A DNA stretch of 64,000 nucleotides, from the NCBI GenBank assembly GCA_964493785.1, contig CAZBPM010000002.1, forward strand, positions 162,712 through 226,711, in the 5' to 3' direction. The position numbers were made by a program, and so were the translations under genes. The stretch comes from an uncultured Hyphomicrobium sp. Lineage in GTDB: Bacteria > Pseudomonadota > Alphaproteobacteria > Rhizobiales > Hyphomicrobiaceae. Below the pieces are notes generated by a model, which did no database searches, had not been told where the DNA came from, and worked only from the letters and a program-made list of their open reading frames with translations. This document shows, piece after piece, positions 1-10,061 of this stretch. Position 1 is the stretch's first letter; each line of letters opens with the position of its first letter.

Positions 1-1
1 G

Positions 2-616
2 ACGGTGCTCCTGTCGCCGTCGGCAGAGCAGTATCCGTTCTCCTATAGCCCGGAGGAAGCTCCGGACGTCCAACCTCTGATGATCCTCAACCGACCGGAT
101 CCCGAAGGGCGGCTAGCACTCTGGGCCAAGACCATAGCTGACGGGAGCAACGGCCGCACACTCGCCATCCTCTCAGACATGATGGATACCATTCGAAGTG
201 ACTTTCGGTATCAGCGACGGCCGAAGGCAGGAACGCAGGACCCAGTTCAAACACTGGAGCTGCGCACGGGGACGTGCCGCGATTTTGCGCTGCTCATGAT
301 CGAGGCGCTCCGATCTTTAGGTTTCGCCGCGCGCTTCGTCAGCGGATACATCTACACCCCTGGACGCTCGAACAATCAAGGCGGCGGCGCCACACACGCT
401 TGGGCACAGGTCTATCTGCCCGGATGCGGCTGGATCGAGATCGATCCCACCAATGGCATTTTCGGTAACCGCGACCTGATCCGTATCGCAGTCGCACGCG
501 ATCAGAAGCAGGCAGCGCCCTTGACCGGAAGTTTCACCGGTCCGCGCGGCTCGTATCTGGGCATGTCGGTAACGGTTTCCGTGACGGAACAAGCCGCCGG
601 GGCGTCCGCTGCATAG
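2..616 (+). CDS. Transglutaminase-like family protein, C-terminal part (5' end outside window)
   Basis: The frame is open to the window edge. Transglutaminase-core strings are present: GTCRDFA (Cys), THAWAQVYL (His), WIEIDPTNG (Asp). Confidence 0.8.
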   Translation, partial: TVLLSPSAEQYPFSYSPEEAPDVQPLMILNRPDPEGRLALWAKTIADGSNGRTLAILSDMMDTIRSDFRYQRRPKAGTQDPVQTLELRTGTCRDFALLMIEALRSLGFAARFVSGYIYTPGRSNNQGGGATHAWAQVYLPGCGWIEIDPTNGIFGNRDLIRIAVARDQKQAAPLTGSFTGPRGSYLGMSVTVSVTEQAAGASAA

Positions 617-799
617 CGAAACGACGATGTCGCACGCCGGCTGGGCGGAGCGTGTCACGGCCGGCGACTATTCGCAGTCGCGGGATAGTTCCACGCGCGA
701 GAAGCTATTTATTCCAACGCGAGCTTCTTCCAATCGGTCCAGCAAGGAGCATATCAGCTCACCCATGCGTTGCATGCGGGATATCTATGAGAGGTTGCC

Positions 800-1342
800 A
801 TGAAGGTTACGTTATTAGTAGGCGCGGCGCTGATTGCGATGGTCGCTCCTGCGGCGGCTGAGCAAATCAAGTTGAACGGCACCGTCACCGACGTGTTCGG
901 TCAGCGCTACGTGGTCGAGGATAGCGGCAAGAAATCGCTCGTCGACATCGGCCCGAAGGGCAACGAACTCGTGTCGATCAAGAGCGGTGACAAGGTCATC
1001 GTTGAAGGCGAGCTTACGGACGCGGGCGAGGTGCATGCCCTCAGCGTCGCGGTTGCCGACAAGCCAGCCGTCGAATTGCCAGGCCAGAAATCCTTGTGGC
1101 AGCGTCTCACCGGCGCGGAGCCGAAGGACAAGGTCGCGCTCACGCCGACGATGGCCAAGGAGATGGTCACCAAGGGCGGCTACGAGGTGGTCGGAGAGCC
1201 GCGCCCCGAGAAGAAGCACTTCGAAGTATTGGCTATGAAAGATGGCCACTACTACGAGGTCCACGCACATCGCAACGGCGAGCTGAAGGGCATCCACAGC
1301 GTGGATAGCAAAGATCCTAAGTGGGCCGCATTGATCAAGTAA
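800..1342 (+). CDS. Secreted hypothetical protein (weak PepSY-like C-terminal half)
   Basis: Signal peptide MKVTLLVGAALIAMVAPAAAEQ. A gagagg SD lies 5 nt before the ATG. The C-terminal HFEVLAMKDGHYYEVHAHRNGELKGIH resembles a PepSY hairpin. Confidence 0.6.
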   Translation: MKVTLLVGAALIAMVAPAAAEQIKLNGTVTDVFGQRYVVEDSGKKSLVDIGPKGNELVSIKSGDKVIVEGELTDAGEVHALSVAVADKPAVELPGQKSLWQRLTGAEPKDKVALTPTMAKEMVTKGGYEVVGEPRPEKKHFEVLAMKDGHYYEVHAHRNGELKGIHSVDSKDPKWAALIK

Positions 1343-1355
1343 GTCCACTGTGCAA

Positions 1356-1392
1356 CAGCATCGTTGGTCGCCAATGGGCGCCAACGATGCTG
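1356..1392 (+). terminator. Stem-loop after the 800..1342 gene
   Basis: Perfect 12-bp arms, cagcatcgttgg / ccaacgatgctg, begin 14 nt after the stop codon. There is no clear U-tract. Confidence 0.45.
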
Positions 1393-1557
1393 GGCTTCAG
1401 CTCCGCATCCTGACGCGCGACCGATCACCGGCCAGGTGTTTTAGTTGGCCGGCGTCCATTATTCCAGAAACTAGCTCTCGCCATTTTGCCAAGATAAGCG
1501 CATTGAGCGAGAGGCTGGCGCATTGGCTGTTGGCATGTCGACAATCAGGAGGCTTGC

Positions 1558-2724
1558 ATGACAGCGCCGACGAATGTGCTCGTCGTTGAGGACGAGATGA
1601 TACTGCGCATGCGGGCGGTCGATATCGTCGAGGATGCCGGATTCACGGCAGTGGAAGCTGTCAACGCCGATGAAGCACTGGCGATCTTGGAATCGCGCTC
1701 GGACATCACCTTGCTTTTTTCCGACATCCAAATGCCTGGTACCATCGACGGGCTGAAGCTGGCGCATGCCGTGCACGAACGCTGGCCCGCCATCAAGATC
1801 ATTTTGGTATCTGGACTAGTGAAAGTTACCGACGCGGATAAGCCGGTGGATAGTGTCTTCATTGGCAAGCCACTCGACGTGAAGCTCATGGTCGCCGAGT
1901 TGCAGGCGATGGTCGGCAAGGGTGCGCTGAGGATTGTCCCCGATGAGGCGCTGCCGCTCGCGCTGCAGGCACGCGCGGAACCAGGCGACGACGCGGGGCC
2001 CGACGCAAACTCGCTCTCCGCCGAGAACGACAGCCTACGCCTGTTGCTTGAACAGGCGAGCCTCGACGCCAAGTTGCTTCTCGCTCAGGCTGGTATTGAG
2101 GCGAAGGAACGGGAAGACGCTGACAAGTTGCAGAGGCTCATCCTCGAGGAGCTGCATCACCGCATCAAGAACACGCTCGCCACAGTGACCGCCATCGCAG
2201 CGCAGAGCTTGCGTACAGCTACGAGCATCGAACACGGGCAGCAAGCGATCGAGAGCAGACTGCTCGCGCTCGGGCGCGCACACGACCTGCTGCTGCAGGT
2301 AAGCTGGGCCAACGCCAGCCTCGTGGAAACCATTCGTGGCGCCATCAAGCCGTTCGATGGCCAAGGTTCTCATCGCTTTTCGTTGGACGGTCCCGACATC
2401 GCCATCACGTCAAGCGCCGTCATTGCACTGGCGATGACGTTGAACGAGCTTTGCACCAACACGACGAAGTTCGGTGCGCTGTCGGCGCCATCAGGCAGGG
2501 TATGGATCACCTGGACAATTGATAGCAACACCGAGCGGTTGCATCTGGCGTGGAAAGAAACGGGAGGACCTGCGGTCGAGGCGCCGACGCGACGCAGCTT
2601 TGGGACCCGCATGATGGAGGCCCTCGGAAGCCAGCTGAATGGTCGTGTCCAGCTTTCTTACGGCAGGGAAGGCTTCATCTACACGATGGATGCGCCGGTC
2701 AAATCACTGACCAGGAAAGCGTGA
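1558..2724 (+). CDS. Response-regulator receiver fused to HWE-family histidine kinase
   Basis: Canonical REC motifs are present: VVEDE, LLFSDIQMPG, ILVSG, GKPL. The H-box is LHHRIKNTLATV, followed by an HWE/HisKA_2-type ATPase region. Confidence 0.85.
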   Translation: MTAPTNVLVVEDEMILRMRAVDIVEDAGFTAVEAVNADEALAILESRSDITLLFSDIQMPGTIDGLKLAHAVHERWPAIKIILVSGLVKVTDADKPVDSVFIGKPLDVKLMVAELQAMVGKGALRIVPDEALPLALQARAEPGDDAGPDANSLSAENDSLRLLLEQASLDAKLLLAQAGIEAKEREDADKLQRLILEELHHRIKNTLATVTAIAAQSLRTATSIEHGQQAIESRLLALGRAHDLLLQVSWANASLVETIRGAIKPFDGQGSHRFSLDGPDIAITSSAVIALAMTLNELCTNTTKFGALSAPSGRVWITWTIDSNTERLHLAWKETGGPAVEAPTRRSFGTRMMEALGSQLNGRVQLSYGREGFIYTMDAPVKSLTRKA

Positions 2725-2750
2725 TCCTGCGAGCATACTCCCGCAGATCA
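2722..2750. terminator. Hairpin between convergent kinase genes, with both stop codons in its arms
   Basis: Arms tgatcctgcg / cgcagatca (9 of 10 paired) flank a 10-nt loop. It sits exactly between the convergent genes. Confidence 0.4.
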
Positions 2751-3746
2751 CCGGCACAGAGCAGTGATCTCGTAGGTGAATCCACCCGGCGCATAACCGA
2801 AGCGCGGTGGCTCGCCCAGGCTCGCTACTGCCTTTTCGAGTAGCAACGTTCCAAAGCCACGCTGCTTTGGGGGAGCCGCGCTCGGACCTCCTTGTTCAAT
2901 CCAAGTGAAGGTGACCGCGGGCTCCGCCTGACCGGAATTCAAGCACCAGCGCACTGAGACTGTGCCCGGCGGTGTGCTCAAGGCCCCGTATTTGACGGCG
3001 TTGGTCGCCAGCTCGTGAACAATGAGGGCGAAGCCTTGCGCGACGCCAGCGTTGAGAAAGACCGTAGGGCCTTCAAAGGTCACGCGTGCGCTGAAACTGT
3101 CCACGATGCGGGCCACAATATGCTCTAGCTGGGCGCCACCACCGCCGTGCTCGAAGATGAGATCCTGAGCTTTGGCCAGTGAATGCAACCGAGCGACCAA
3201 CGCCTCACCGCCACCACCTCCCTCGCGCAAGCTGGCAGACGCGATGGAGACGATCACCGACAGCATATTTTTGGTTCGGTGTTGAAGCTCGCGGGCGAGC
3301 AGCTCGTATCGCGCCAGTAGGGCGCGTGCTTCATATTGCCGACGGCGGGACCGCAGGGCTGTCGTCGCCAGGCTAACGAGCGTGGTCGGATGGAAGGGCT
3401 GCTCCAGAAAGCTGATATTGCCGAAGGCCTCTTGCCGGCTGGCGGCGGCTCGATTGCGACCCGGCGTGTCCATACGGTCGGTGACCATGATGATCGGCAG
3501 GTCTGACCACGCCTCTTGAGACTGCATCCACTGGCCGATCCCATCGAGGAAGTCCGGCTCTGCAGCGACCTCCTCGCTCAGCACCGCAATGCCCGCGCCG
3601 TTTTTGAGTTCGGCGACGAGGTCACGCGGGGTATCGCAGATTTCTACCGCAATACCGGCTTCGACCAGGAGTCGCGACGCCACTTCCGCGTTACGCCTCC
3701 GCAGCAGTATGAGTGCCCGCTCCGAGTCGGGGCCTCCAAACGGCAT
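2748..3746 (-). CDS. Pseudo-receiver domain fused to HWE-family histidine kinase
   Basis: H-box LQHRTKNMLSVIVSIASASL plus a kinase ATPase region. The N-terminal CheY-like fold lacks the acidic pocket (LLRRRN), the phospho-Asp (AVLSEEV) and the Lys (LEQPF). It starts 4 nt after the kaiC stop. Confidence 0.8.
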   Translation of the reverse strand: MPFGGPDSERALILLRRRNAEVASRLLVEAGIAVEICDTPRDLVAELKNGAGIAVLSEEVAAEPDFLDGIGQWMQSQEAWSDLPIIMVTDRMDTPGRNRAAASRQEAFGNISFLEQPFHPTTLVSLATTALRSRRRQYEARALLARYELLARELQHRTKNMLSVIVSIASASLREGGGGGEALVARLHSLAKAQDLIFEHGGGGAQLEHIVARIVDSFSARVTFEGPTVFLNAGVAQGFALIVHELATNAVKYGALSTPPGTVSVRWCLNSGQAEPAVTFTWIEQGGPSAAPPKQRGFGTLLLEKAVASLGEPPRFGYAPGGFTYEITALCR

Positions 3747-3750
3747 TGGC

Positions 3751-5265
3751 TTATTCTTTCAACAAGTCGGTGTCGGAGCCAGTTGCTCCGACGAATGTCG
3801 GGACCCCTCGCAGCACGCCGTGGAAGTCATGCAGCACCGGCCCGACTCTCATCCCATTGCTACCGATCTGGAACTCGCGAATGGTATCCTCGTGTCCGCC
3901 GGTGCGTTTTTTGACCACCGACAGCGCGCGGCGAAGGCGCCCGTTCGCTTCGAAATAGCGCATTAGAATGACCGTATCGGCCATGTACGTCACGTCGACC
4001 GGTGTTCCCATGTCGCCTACCAGGCCGTGCTGTGCCACCGTGAGGAAAGTGCTGACGCCGCGTCGATTCAGAAACTGGAGAAGTTCGTGCAGGTGAAGCA
4101 CCAGGGAGCGCTCTCCCGGCATGGAAGCTTCATATCCATTGAGGCTATCGATCACGACGACCTGGGCGCCCAGATCGATGCTCTGTCGCACCTGGCTCGA
4201 GAACTCCCCGGGTGATAGCTCGGCGGCGTCTACCTGGCTGATCTGGAGCAGGCCTTTGTCTCGCCATTGCGCGAGGTCGATCCCCATCGCCTTGGTTCGA
4301 CGGAAGAGAAGCCCCAATTCCTCATCGAACACAAACATGGCGACCTTCTCGCCTCGCCGCATCGCCGCCACGAGGAACTGCAGCACGAGAAGCGACTTGC
4401 CCGCTCCAGCAGGCCCAAGCACGACGGTGCTCGACCCCTTAGCGATGCCACCGCCCAGAAGCAGATCCACCTCGGCAATTCCGCTCTTTACCTGAGATGT
4501 CGAGAATTCACCCTTGTGCTCCGCGGCTACGAGCCGTGGAAAGACCTGGACGCCACCGGTCTTGATTGCGAAGTCATGGTAACCGCCGCGGTATCGCCTG
4601 CCGCGATACTTCATCACCTTCAGCCTGCGCCGGTCAGACCCGTATTCGGGAGACAATTCTTCCAGCCTCAGCACGCCATGGGCGATGGAATGCACCGTTT
4701 TGTCGTGCGTATCGGTGGTCAGATCATCGAGCAGGAGAACGGTCGTTCCGCGCTTTGCGAAAATATGCTTCAGCGCGAGAAGCTGGCGCCTGTAGCGCAA
4801 CGAACTCTGCGCAAGAAGCCGGATCTCCGAAAGGCTGTCGAGAACGATCAATGTGGGGTTCACACGTTCGATCTCTGCCAAGATCCGCTGCGTGGTCTCG
4901 CCGAGTTCGAGGTCTGAAGAGTAAAGGATGGTCTGCTGTTCGTCTGGATCGAGTATGCTCTCAGGCGGCTGTAGCTCGAATATCGCCAGTTCGGGGCTGA
5001 ACTCCCATCCGTGGGAGGCGGCCGTGCTTTCCAGCTCTTCCCTGGTCTCCGACAGTGTGATGTAGAGGGCTCGCTGTTTCGACTTCAAACCCTGCATGAG
5101 GAACTGAAGCGCGATCGTCGTCTTCCCTGTGCCGGGGCTTCCTTCGAGGAGGAATAGCCGCCCAAGCACCAACCCGCCGCACAGGACGTCATCCAGCCCC
5201 TCGATGCCCGTGGTTGACTCGCGCGGCTGGCTCATTCGGATCTCTCGTACCGGGTTTTGTGACAA
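3751..5265 (-). CDS. kaiC: KaiC-family double RecA-like ATPase
   Basis: Two tandem P-loop domains with Walker A GSPGTGKT and GPAGAGKS. N-terminal GIEGLDDVLCGGL and the C-terminal DTVILMRY...VVKKRTGGHEDTIREF block are typical of KaiC. Confidence 0.85.
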   Translation of the reverse strand: MSQNPVREIRMSQPRESTTGIEGLDDVLCGGLVLGRLFLLEGSPGTGKTTIALQFLMQGLKSKQRALYITLSETREELESTAASHGWEFSPELAIFELQPPESILDPDEQQTILYSSDLELGETTQRILAEIERVNPTLIVLDSLSEIRLLAQSSLRYRRQLLALKHIFAKRGTTVLLLDDLTTDTHDKTVHSIAHGVLRLEELSPEYGSDRRRLKVMKYRGRRYRGGYHDFAIKTGGVQVFPRLVAAEHKGEFSTSQVKSGIAEVDLLLGGGIAKGSSTVVLGPAGAGKSLLVLQFLVAAMRRGEKVAMFVFDEELGLLFRRTKAMGIDLAQWRDKGLLQISQVDAAELSPGEFSSQVRQSIDLGAQVVVIDSLNGYEASMPGERSLVLHLHELLQFLNRRGVSTFLTVAQHGLVGDMGTPVDVTYMADTVILMRYFEANGRLRRALSVVKKRTGGHEDTIREFQIGSNGMRVGPVLHDFHGVLRGVPTFVGATGSDTDLLKE

Positions 5266-5554
5266 TAGCCTTGGAGGGCGCGGTCCTGGGCGAAGACAAC
5301 GCTCCGATGGGGTGAATGTTCCCGCTTTGTGAGGTGACTAATGCGCGCAAAATCGGCCGACGCATCCAAGTGCGACCGGGCGAAGTCGGCGGCTTTTGAC
5401 GGTCAGCCGGCTCTCGCGCACCAGGGGCGACGAGGCGGCGTCAGCGCGGCGGACGCGGTGAGCTTGTGTTTGCCCAGCGCGTCGGAACTTTCCGGCCAGC
5501 AACCGCGAGCGCGACCGCTCTCGGTTCGCGCCTCCCAATCGCGCTGACAGCGGG

Positions 5555-8212
5555 TCAGAACCTTACGCGCACGCCTCCGTATGCAGCGAAGGGGATCGCT
5601 GGAGTGATCGTGCGCGCATTGTCCGGATCATACTTCAGCCCATTGAGCGATGGATCGGGGCCGCCAGATCCGTTTTCACCCGGGCCGGCTGCCTGCGCGA
5701 GTTCGGTATTGAAGTACGTGCCGTAGATCCCGTACTGCTCGTCAAACAGGTTCTCGATCAGGCCGTAAACTTGGACGTGGTCAGTGACGTTGTAGGATGA
5801 GTGCACGTTGACTCGCGTATAGCCGGGAAGCGGCGCATCGTTATTGCCCTCGTCGCCATAGAAGACTTGGTTGCTGACCCTGATAAGATCGGCACCCAAC
5901 GCCCACTTGGGTGTCAAAAGGTATTCAAAGCCGGCCTTGAACCGATGGCGGGGCACGCCCGGCATACGATTGCCGGGGCTTATCTCGACGCACATCGCGT
6001 CGTCTTCTGCGTCGGGGAAGAAGTCCTCGCACTCCGTCGTGACATTCGGGTTGTTCTCGGAGGCTATGATGTTCTGGGACTGGAACGTGGCGTCCACGTA
6101 CGAGTAGCTCGTGTACGCCATCCACCGCTGTGCCCGGTAGGTGGCGCTGGCTTCAATGCCCTGACGAAGCGTCTCGCCGGCATTGGCGAAGTACCCACGT
6201 CCCTGCTGGCTGTCGGCAATCTGGATGATGTCGTTCTCGTTGGTGGCGCGGAACACACCGAAGCTCCAGTCAAAGTGCTCGGCAGCGTTCCAGCTGGCGA
6301 GTTCGCCCCGCAAACCGGCTTCCCAGGTCTTGGACACCACTTGCTTCAGCGGTGGATCCGACGCGAGCGCGCTCTCGATGATGCACGGGTTCTCCGGATC
6401 GGAGCACGCGATTTCGGAGGCTGTCGGCGCGCGGTTCGCCTCCGAATAACCTCCATAGGCAGAAAGGCCAGGCAGCAGCTTATAGGTCAATCCGGCCGAT
6501 GGATTTAACCGATAGAACTCGTTGGTGCCGTTCAGCTTGTCGAGCGAGGACTCACCCGTGTTCTTGATCTCGATGCGCGCATAGTTCCAACGTCCGCCGA
6601 GTGTCAGTGAAAGACGATCGGTGAGATCGAGCGTATTGACCGCGTAGAGGCCGACGTAATCGTTCAACGTGGTGAGCGAGCGCGGCGTCACTTCCGAAGC
6701 ATTGAGTTCGTCGGCCTCGTCGGGATCGGGATCGAGATCGTCGCGACCGGTCAGCGTTATGCCCGTCCCCGCCACCACGTACTTCGGCAGGAAGTAGCCG
6801 AGTTCGCTAGAGGCCCGGTACTGGACGCGCCCATGATCGTAGCTGCTTCCCATGACGAAGTGATTGTTGAGGCCAAACAGTTTTGCCTTGTCGGCGGCTT
6901 GCAAAGCAAAGCCGTAGCTGTTCGCATCCTGTCCGGTCTTGTCGATGGACCCGAGTGCTCCGTTGCCGAGATCCTCGAGGTCGTCGACCTGCTGCTCGGT
7001 CAGCCCCCCGCCACCTACCGCGAACAGCGGCGCGCCATCCTCGGTGCAGAGTGCGGAGAGGCCGTTGGCGGGTGCCTCCTCGCACTCATCGAACTCGGAA
7101 ATGTTGCCGTCGATATGGCTCTGCCGGAAGTGGCGGTGGTAGGCGACGCCGGACAGAGCCAATGTGGGCGTGATCTCCACGATGCCATTGGCAGAGAACA
7201 TCTGCATGTCATTGTCGGTGACTTGCGGCGAAGTGAACGTCCGAGTGCGCCCGCCGAATGCCAGCAACTCTTCCGGTACGGCAGCTGTGACGCCGACAAC
7301 CCCGGTAGCGCCGGTATAGTTCAGGTGGAACTCGGATCCGGTGCCCTTGAAGCCTAGATCGGCATACCCGCGTCGCGTTTCGGTGTCGGAGAAGTCGCGG
7401 AAACCGTCGTCGTTGATCCCCTCGAACGCGCCGTAGATTGCAACGTTGCCGCTTTGCGCCCCTGCCTGTGCGCCAACTTGCCGGCGCCCGAAGGAGCCCG
7501 CCCGGGTATCGACTTCGGCGCCGTGATAGTTGAACCCGTCCTTCATCAGGACGCTGATCGCACCACCGATCGCGTTGAGACCGAACACCGGATTGGAGCC
7601 CATCACGGTGATGCCTTCTATGGCGTTGGTCGGGATGAAATCCCAGTTGACGGTATCGCCGAACGACTCGTTGATCCGCACACCGTTCTGATAAACCGCG
7701 AGACCTTGCGGCAGTCCGTTGACCGGAGACGCCTCGAAGCCGCGATACTGAATTCCACTCTGGAACTGGTTGCCCTGGAGGTCATCGACCATGACCGAGG
7801 GGATGCGGCTGTTGAGGAATTCCTGCGGAATGACCGACCCGTCACGCTGGATATCACTCGCGTTCATCGTCGAGACGCCGCGCGGGATCTTGTCGATGGC
7901 AATGGCGCCGCCTGCCAGGGGGGCCATGCGCACCAGTCCCTCGTTCGAACCCGCCGCAGGAACCGTCGCGATTGGCGGTGCCGCCGTCGGTGCAACAGGT
8001 GCTGGCGCGACGACGATCGCGGCTGGCTTCTTCTTGGGCGTTGATTTCTTCTGCGCGGTCGGAGCAGGCGGTGACTGCTTCTGAATGACGTCAACCGGTG
8101 GCAATTGCTCTGTTGCCGGAGCCGGCGTTGGCGCTTCCTGTGAGGAAGCGGGTGCGGCGAATAGCGCAGAAAACGCGGCTGCAAACGCGGCTGCAGCGTG
8201 GACAGAACGCAT
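5555..8212 (-). CDS. TonB-dependent outer-membrane receptor with long Ala/Pro-rich N-terminal linker
   Basis: Signal peptide, plug-domain strings (GIQYRGFEASPVNG, AVYQNGVRINE), an 885-aa barrel, and a terminal ...YGGVRVRF ending in an aromatic residue. Confidence 0.9.
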   Translation of the reverse strand: MRSVHAAAAFAAAFSALFAAPASSQEAPTPAPATEQLPPVDVIQKQSPPAPTAQKKSTPKKKPAAIVVAPAPVAPTAAPPIATVPAAGSNEGLVRMAPLAGGAIAIDKIPRGVSTMNASDIQRDGSVIPQEFLNSRIPSVMVDDLQGNQFQSGIQYRGFEASPVNGLPQGLAVYQNGVRINESFGDTVNWDFIPTNAIEGITVMGSNPVFGLNAIGGAISVLMKDGFNYHGAEVDTRAGSFGRRQVGAQAGAQSGNVAIYGAFEGINDDGFRDFSDTETRRGYADLGFKGTGSEFHLNYTGATGVVGVTAAVPEELLAFGGRTRTFTSPQVTDNDMQMFSANGIVEITPTLALSGVAYHRHFRQSHIDGNISEFDECEEAPANGLSALCTEDGAPLFAVGGGGLTEQQVDDLEDLGNGALGSIDKTGQDANSYGFALQAADKAKLFGLNNHFVMGSSYDHGRVQYRASSELGYFLPKYVVAGTGITLTGRDDLDPDPDEADELNASEVTPRSLTTLNDYVGLYAVNTLDLTDRLSLTLGGRWNYARIEIKNTGESSLDKLNGTNEFYRLNPSAGLTYKLLPGLSAYGGYSEANRAPTASEIACSDPENPCIIESALASDPPLKQVVSKTWEAGLRGELASWNAAEHFDWSFGVFRATNENDIIQIADSQQGRGYFANAGETLRQGIEASATYRAQRWMAYTSYSYVDATFQSQNIIASENNPNVTTECEDFFPDAEDDAMCVEISPGNRMPGVPRHRFKAGFEYLLTPKWALGADLIRVSNQVFYGDEGNNDAPLPGYTRVNVHSSYNVTDHVQVYGLIENLFDEQYGIYGTYFNTELAQAAGPGENGSGGPDPSLNGLKYDPDNARTITPAIPFAAYGGVRVRF

Positions 8213-8525
8213 TACTAGTACTCCCCCCAGACCACCTGACCTTTCGGCAAGGTGGGACGCAAACGCTACGCAGGGGCGACGGGATTATCTTATTTGATCG
8301 CGTTGTAACTGCCTTGTCGTCCCCCGAGCGCTTACACTAGTGGCTGCGAAGATTGCCAAGACATCAGATTGTTTGACAAAGTTTTCGGACGCCGAGGAAG
8401 CCGCTTTTGCCGCCGCGTCCCGGCATTGGTCGGGAATTTCAGTGTTGCAACATGAACTGAAAGTGCGCAGCGCGCCGCTCCCCGCGCTATTGCCGCCCCT
8501 ACACTTGAGGACCGCGCCTGCCTGA

Positions 8526-9110
8526 TCAGCGGATGGATTTTTCGAGAGCCGGCGCCTCGACCGTGGGCACGACCTGTCCGAACGCAATGATCTTTGTCTT
8601 GCCGTCGACCCAGGCCTGCGGAGGCTGGCGATGCAGCCTCTCGCACATAGTCAGAGCTTTTCGGATCTCCTCGTCGGGTACGAAATAGAAATGGCCCGCC
8701 TTGCCGAGGATGCGTCCTAGGTTGGTAAAATACTCCTGTGCCACTTCGAGCGCGGCTTGATCGAGGCAGTGGTCTGTCTGATTGAATGCCGACAGGGCGA
8801 CACGCGCATCGTTGAACATCGCGTGCGGAGACGAAGTGTCGGCTGACGCTGTGACGAAGCGCGTCCCGACGACCAGCGTGAGCATGTCGTCGGGGACGAC
8901 GCCTGGATCAGTGAGGGGCCGCTTTGGCGCCGACGTTTGCGCGAAGGCCCCGCAGACGCCGAGGCTCAGCAGGACAACGGACAACGCTATAGCCTGCGCC
9001 CGTCGCCTTATGACGCTCCTGGCTTTTCGCACAGACCTGCGAGCATCCACCGTCGAGAACTCGGTGCTGGAAGCCTTACGCCTGCTGCCCGTCGGCGCAC
9101 TCTGATGCAT
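8526..9110 (-). CDS. Hypothetical exported protein
   Basis: Basic N-terminus followed by the hydrophobic segment AIALSVVLLSLGVCGAFAQ. Coding-type GC3. No recognisable family, and the true start may be internal. Confidence 0.5.
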   Translation of the reverse strand: MHQSAPTGSRRKASSTEFSTVDARRSVRKARSVIRRRAQAIALSVVLLSLGVCGAFAQTSAPKRPLTDPGVVPDDMLTLVVGTRFVTASADTSSPHAMFNDARVALSAFNQTDHCLDQAALEVAQEYFTNLGRILGKAGHFYFVPDEEIRKALTMCERLHRQPPQAWVDGKTKIIAFGQVVPTVEAPALEKSIR

Positions 9111-9123
9111 TTGGACCCCACGA

Positions 9124-9141
9124 GATGATCATAACATTATC
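9124..9141. promoter_or_regulatory. Fur-box-like AT-rich element in a divergent promoter region
   Basis: GATGATCATAACATTATC compared with the Fur consensus GATAATGATAATCATTATC. The hexamers are GATGAT / CATAA / CATTATC, with a one-base deletion. It is an isolated AT-rich patch in GC-rich DNA, next to a TonB-receptor locus. Confidence 0.3.
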
Positions 9142-9281
9142 AGATATTGATTGAAAAACAGGCGATCGGAGCGGTTGCGGAACGTCAGAATCCCGGTAGC
9201 CTAACAGCAAAGAAGAAACGATTGTGGGGGTCACGTTTCTAGCGGGTTCCGTAGACGAGAACTCGCACGCGGCGGTGCCTC

Positions 9282-10061
9282 ATGATCGAGCCTCATTCTA
9301 AGCGCCTTGCAGCCCTCGGCAGCTTCTTTTCGAGATTGGCGTGCCGGCTGTTTCTCATGGTGCCGGTCTCAGTCGGGCTACAGTCAGCAGCCGCGGCAAG
9401 CGGCTTGCGCTCGGTTGAAGCCGTCATCCAGCGAAGCGATCTTGTCATCCTTGCCGACGTGAAGCATGGCGTTCGCGACCGCATCGCGTTCTACTCCTCC
9501 CCTGAACTCTTCGAAGCCATGGCCCGCTCGGCCGTTCGGCATATCGCGATCGAAATGCCGCGTGTCTTGGGGCGGCAGGCAATGGGCATAGAAACCGAAG
9601 CGGACATCGACCTGTTCGCGCAGGATGTCATACGCGTAGGCCGCTGGCATTTTGTCGATCCCGACCATGCCGACGAGGAGTCGTCGATCACGCAGTACCG
9701 GGTCGTCGAGGCACTTGGTCGACAGGTGCTGTTGGCGAAGAAGCTTGGGCTAAATCCCATCTTCTACGATTTCAACAATCCCCTCGGTGGATTCAGGACA
9801 CAGAACGATCCCGTTTACAGGTGCCTCGCACAGCTCCGCGAACGGGTCTGGTTCCAGTATGGTGTCGACGGGACAGTCACAAAGGCTCAGCGGGACGCGG
9901 CAATCATGCGCGAACGCTTCAGCCATGACGACGAGCTCGCAGCTTACGTGGAGAATGAAGTTCGCGCCAAGGGCGGCGGTAAGGTTGTCATGGTCCCGGG
10001 CTACGCACACGCCGTACTCCCGGGGGGCTTGGTTGAGCGCATGGAAACCGCCTCAACGTGA
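9282..10061 (+). CDS. Hypothetical protein, tentatively ChaN/Tiki-superfamily-like
   Basis: N-terminal hydrophobic segment. The spaced motifs LVILADVKHG ... HIAIEMPR ... VVMVPGYAHAV parallel the GExH ... LEMF ... GxxH pattern of ChaN-type haem-associated proteins. This is a by-eye comparison only. Confidence 0.5.
   Translation: MIEPHSKRLAALGSFFSRLACRLFLMVPVSVGLQSAAAASGLRSVEAVIQRSDLVILADVKHGVRDRIAFYSSPELFEAMARSAVRHIAIEMPRVLGRQAMGIETEADIDLFAQDVIRVGRWHFVDPDHADEESSITQYRVVEALGRQVLLAKKLGLNPIFYDFNNPLGGFRTQNDPVYRCLAQLRERVWFQYGVDGTVTKAQRDAAIMRERFSHDDELAAYVENEVRAKGGGKVVMVPGYAHAVLPGGLVERMETAST

Noticed and set aside
8213-8525. Possible cobalamin or other riboswitch, or an iron box, in the TonB-receptor leader
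   Set aside because: I read both strands. There is only a GCCACTAG fragment and a short CCACCT/AGGTGG hairpin. No B12-box or other riboswitch core could be assembled, and the Fur/ICE-like matches are too weak.
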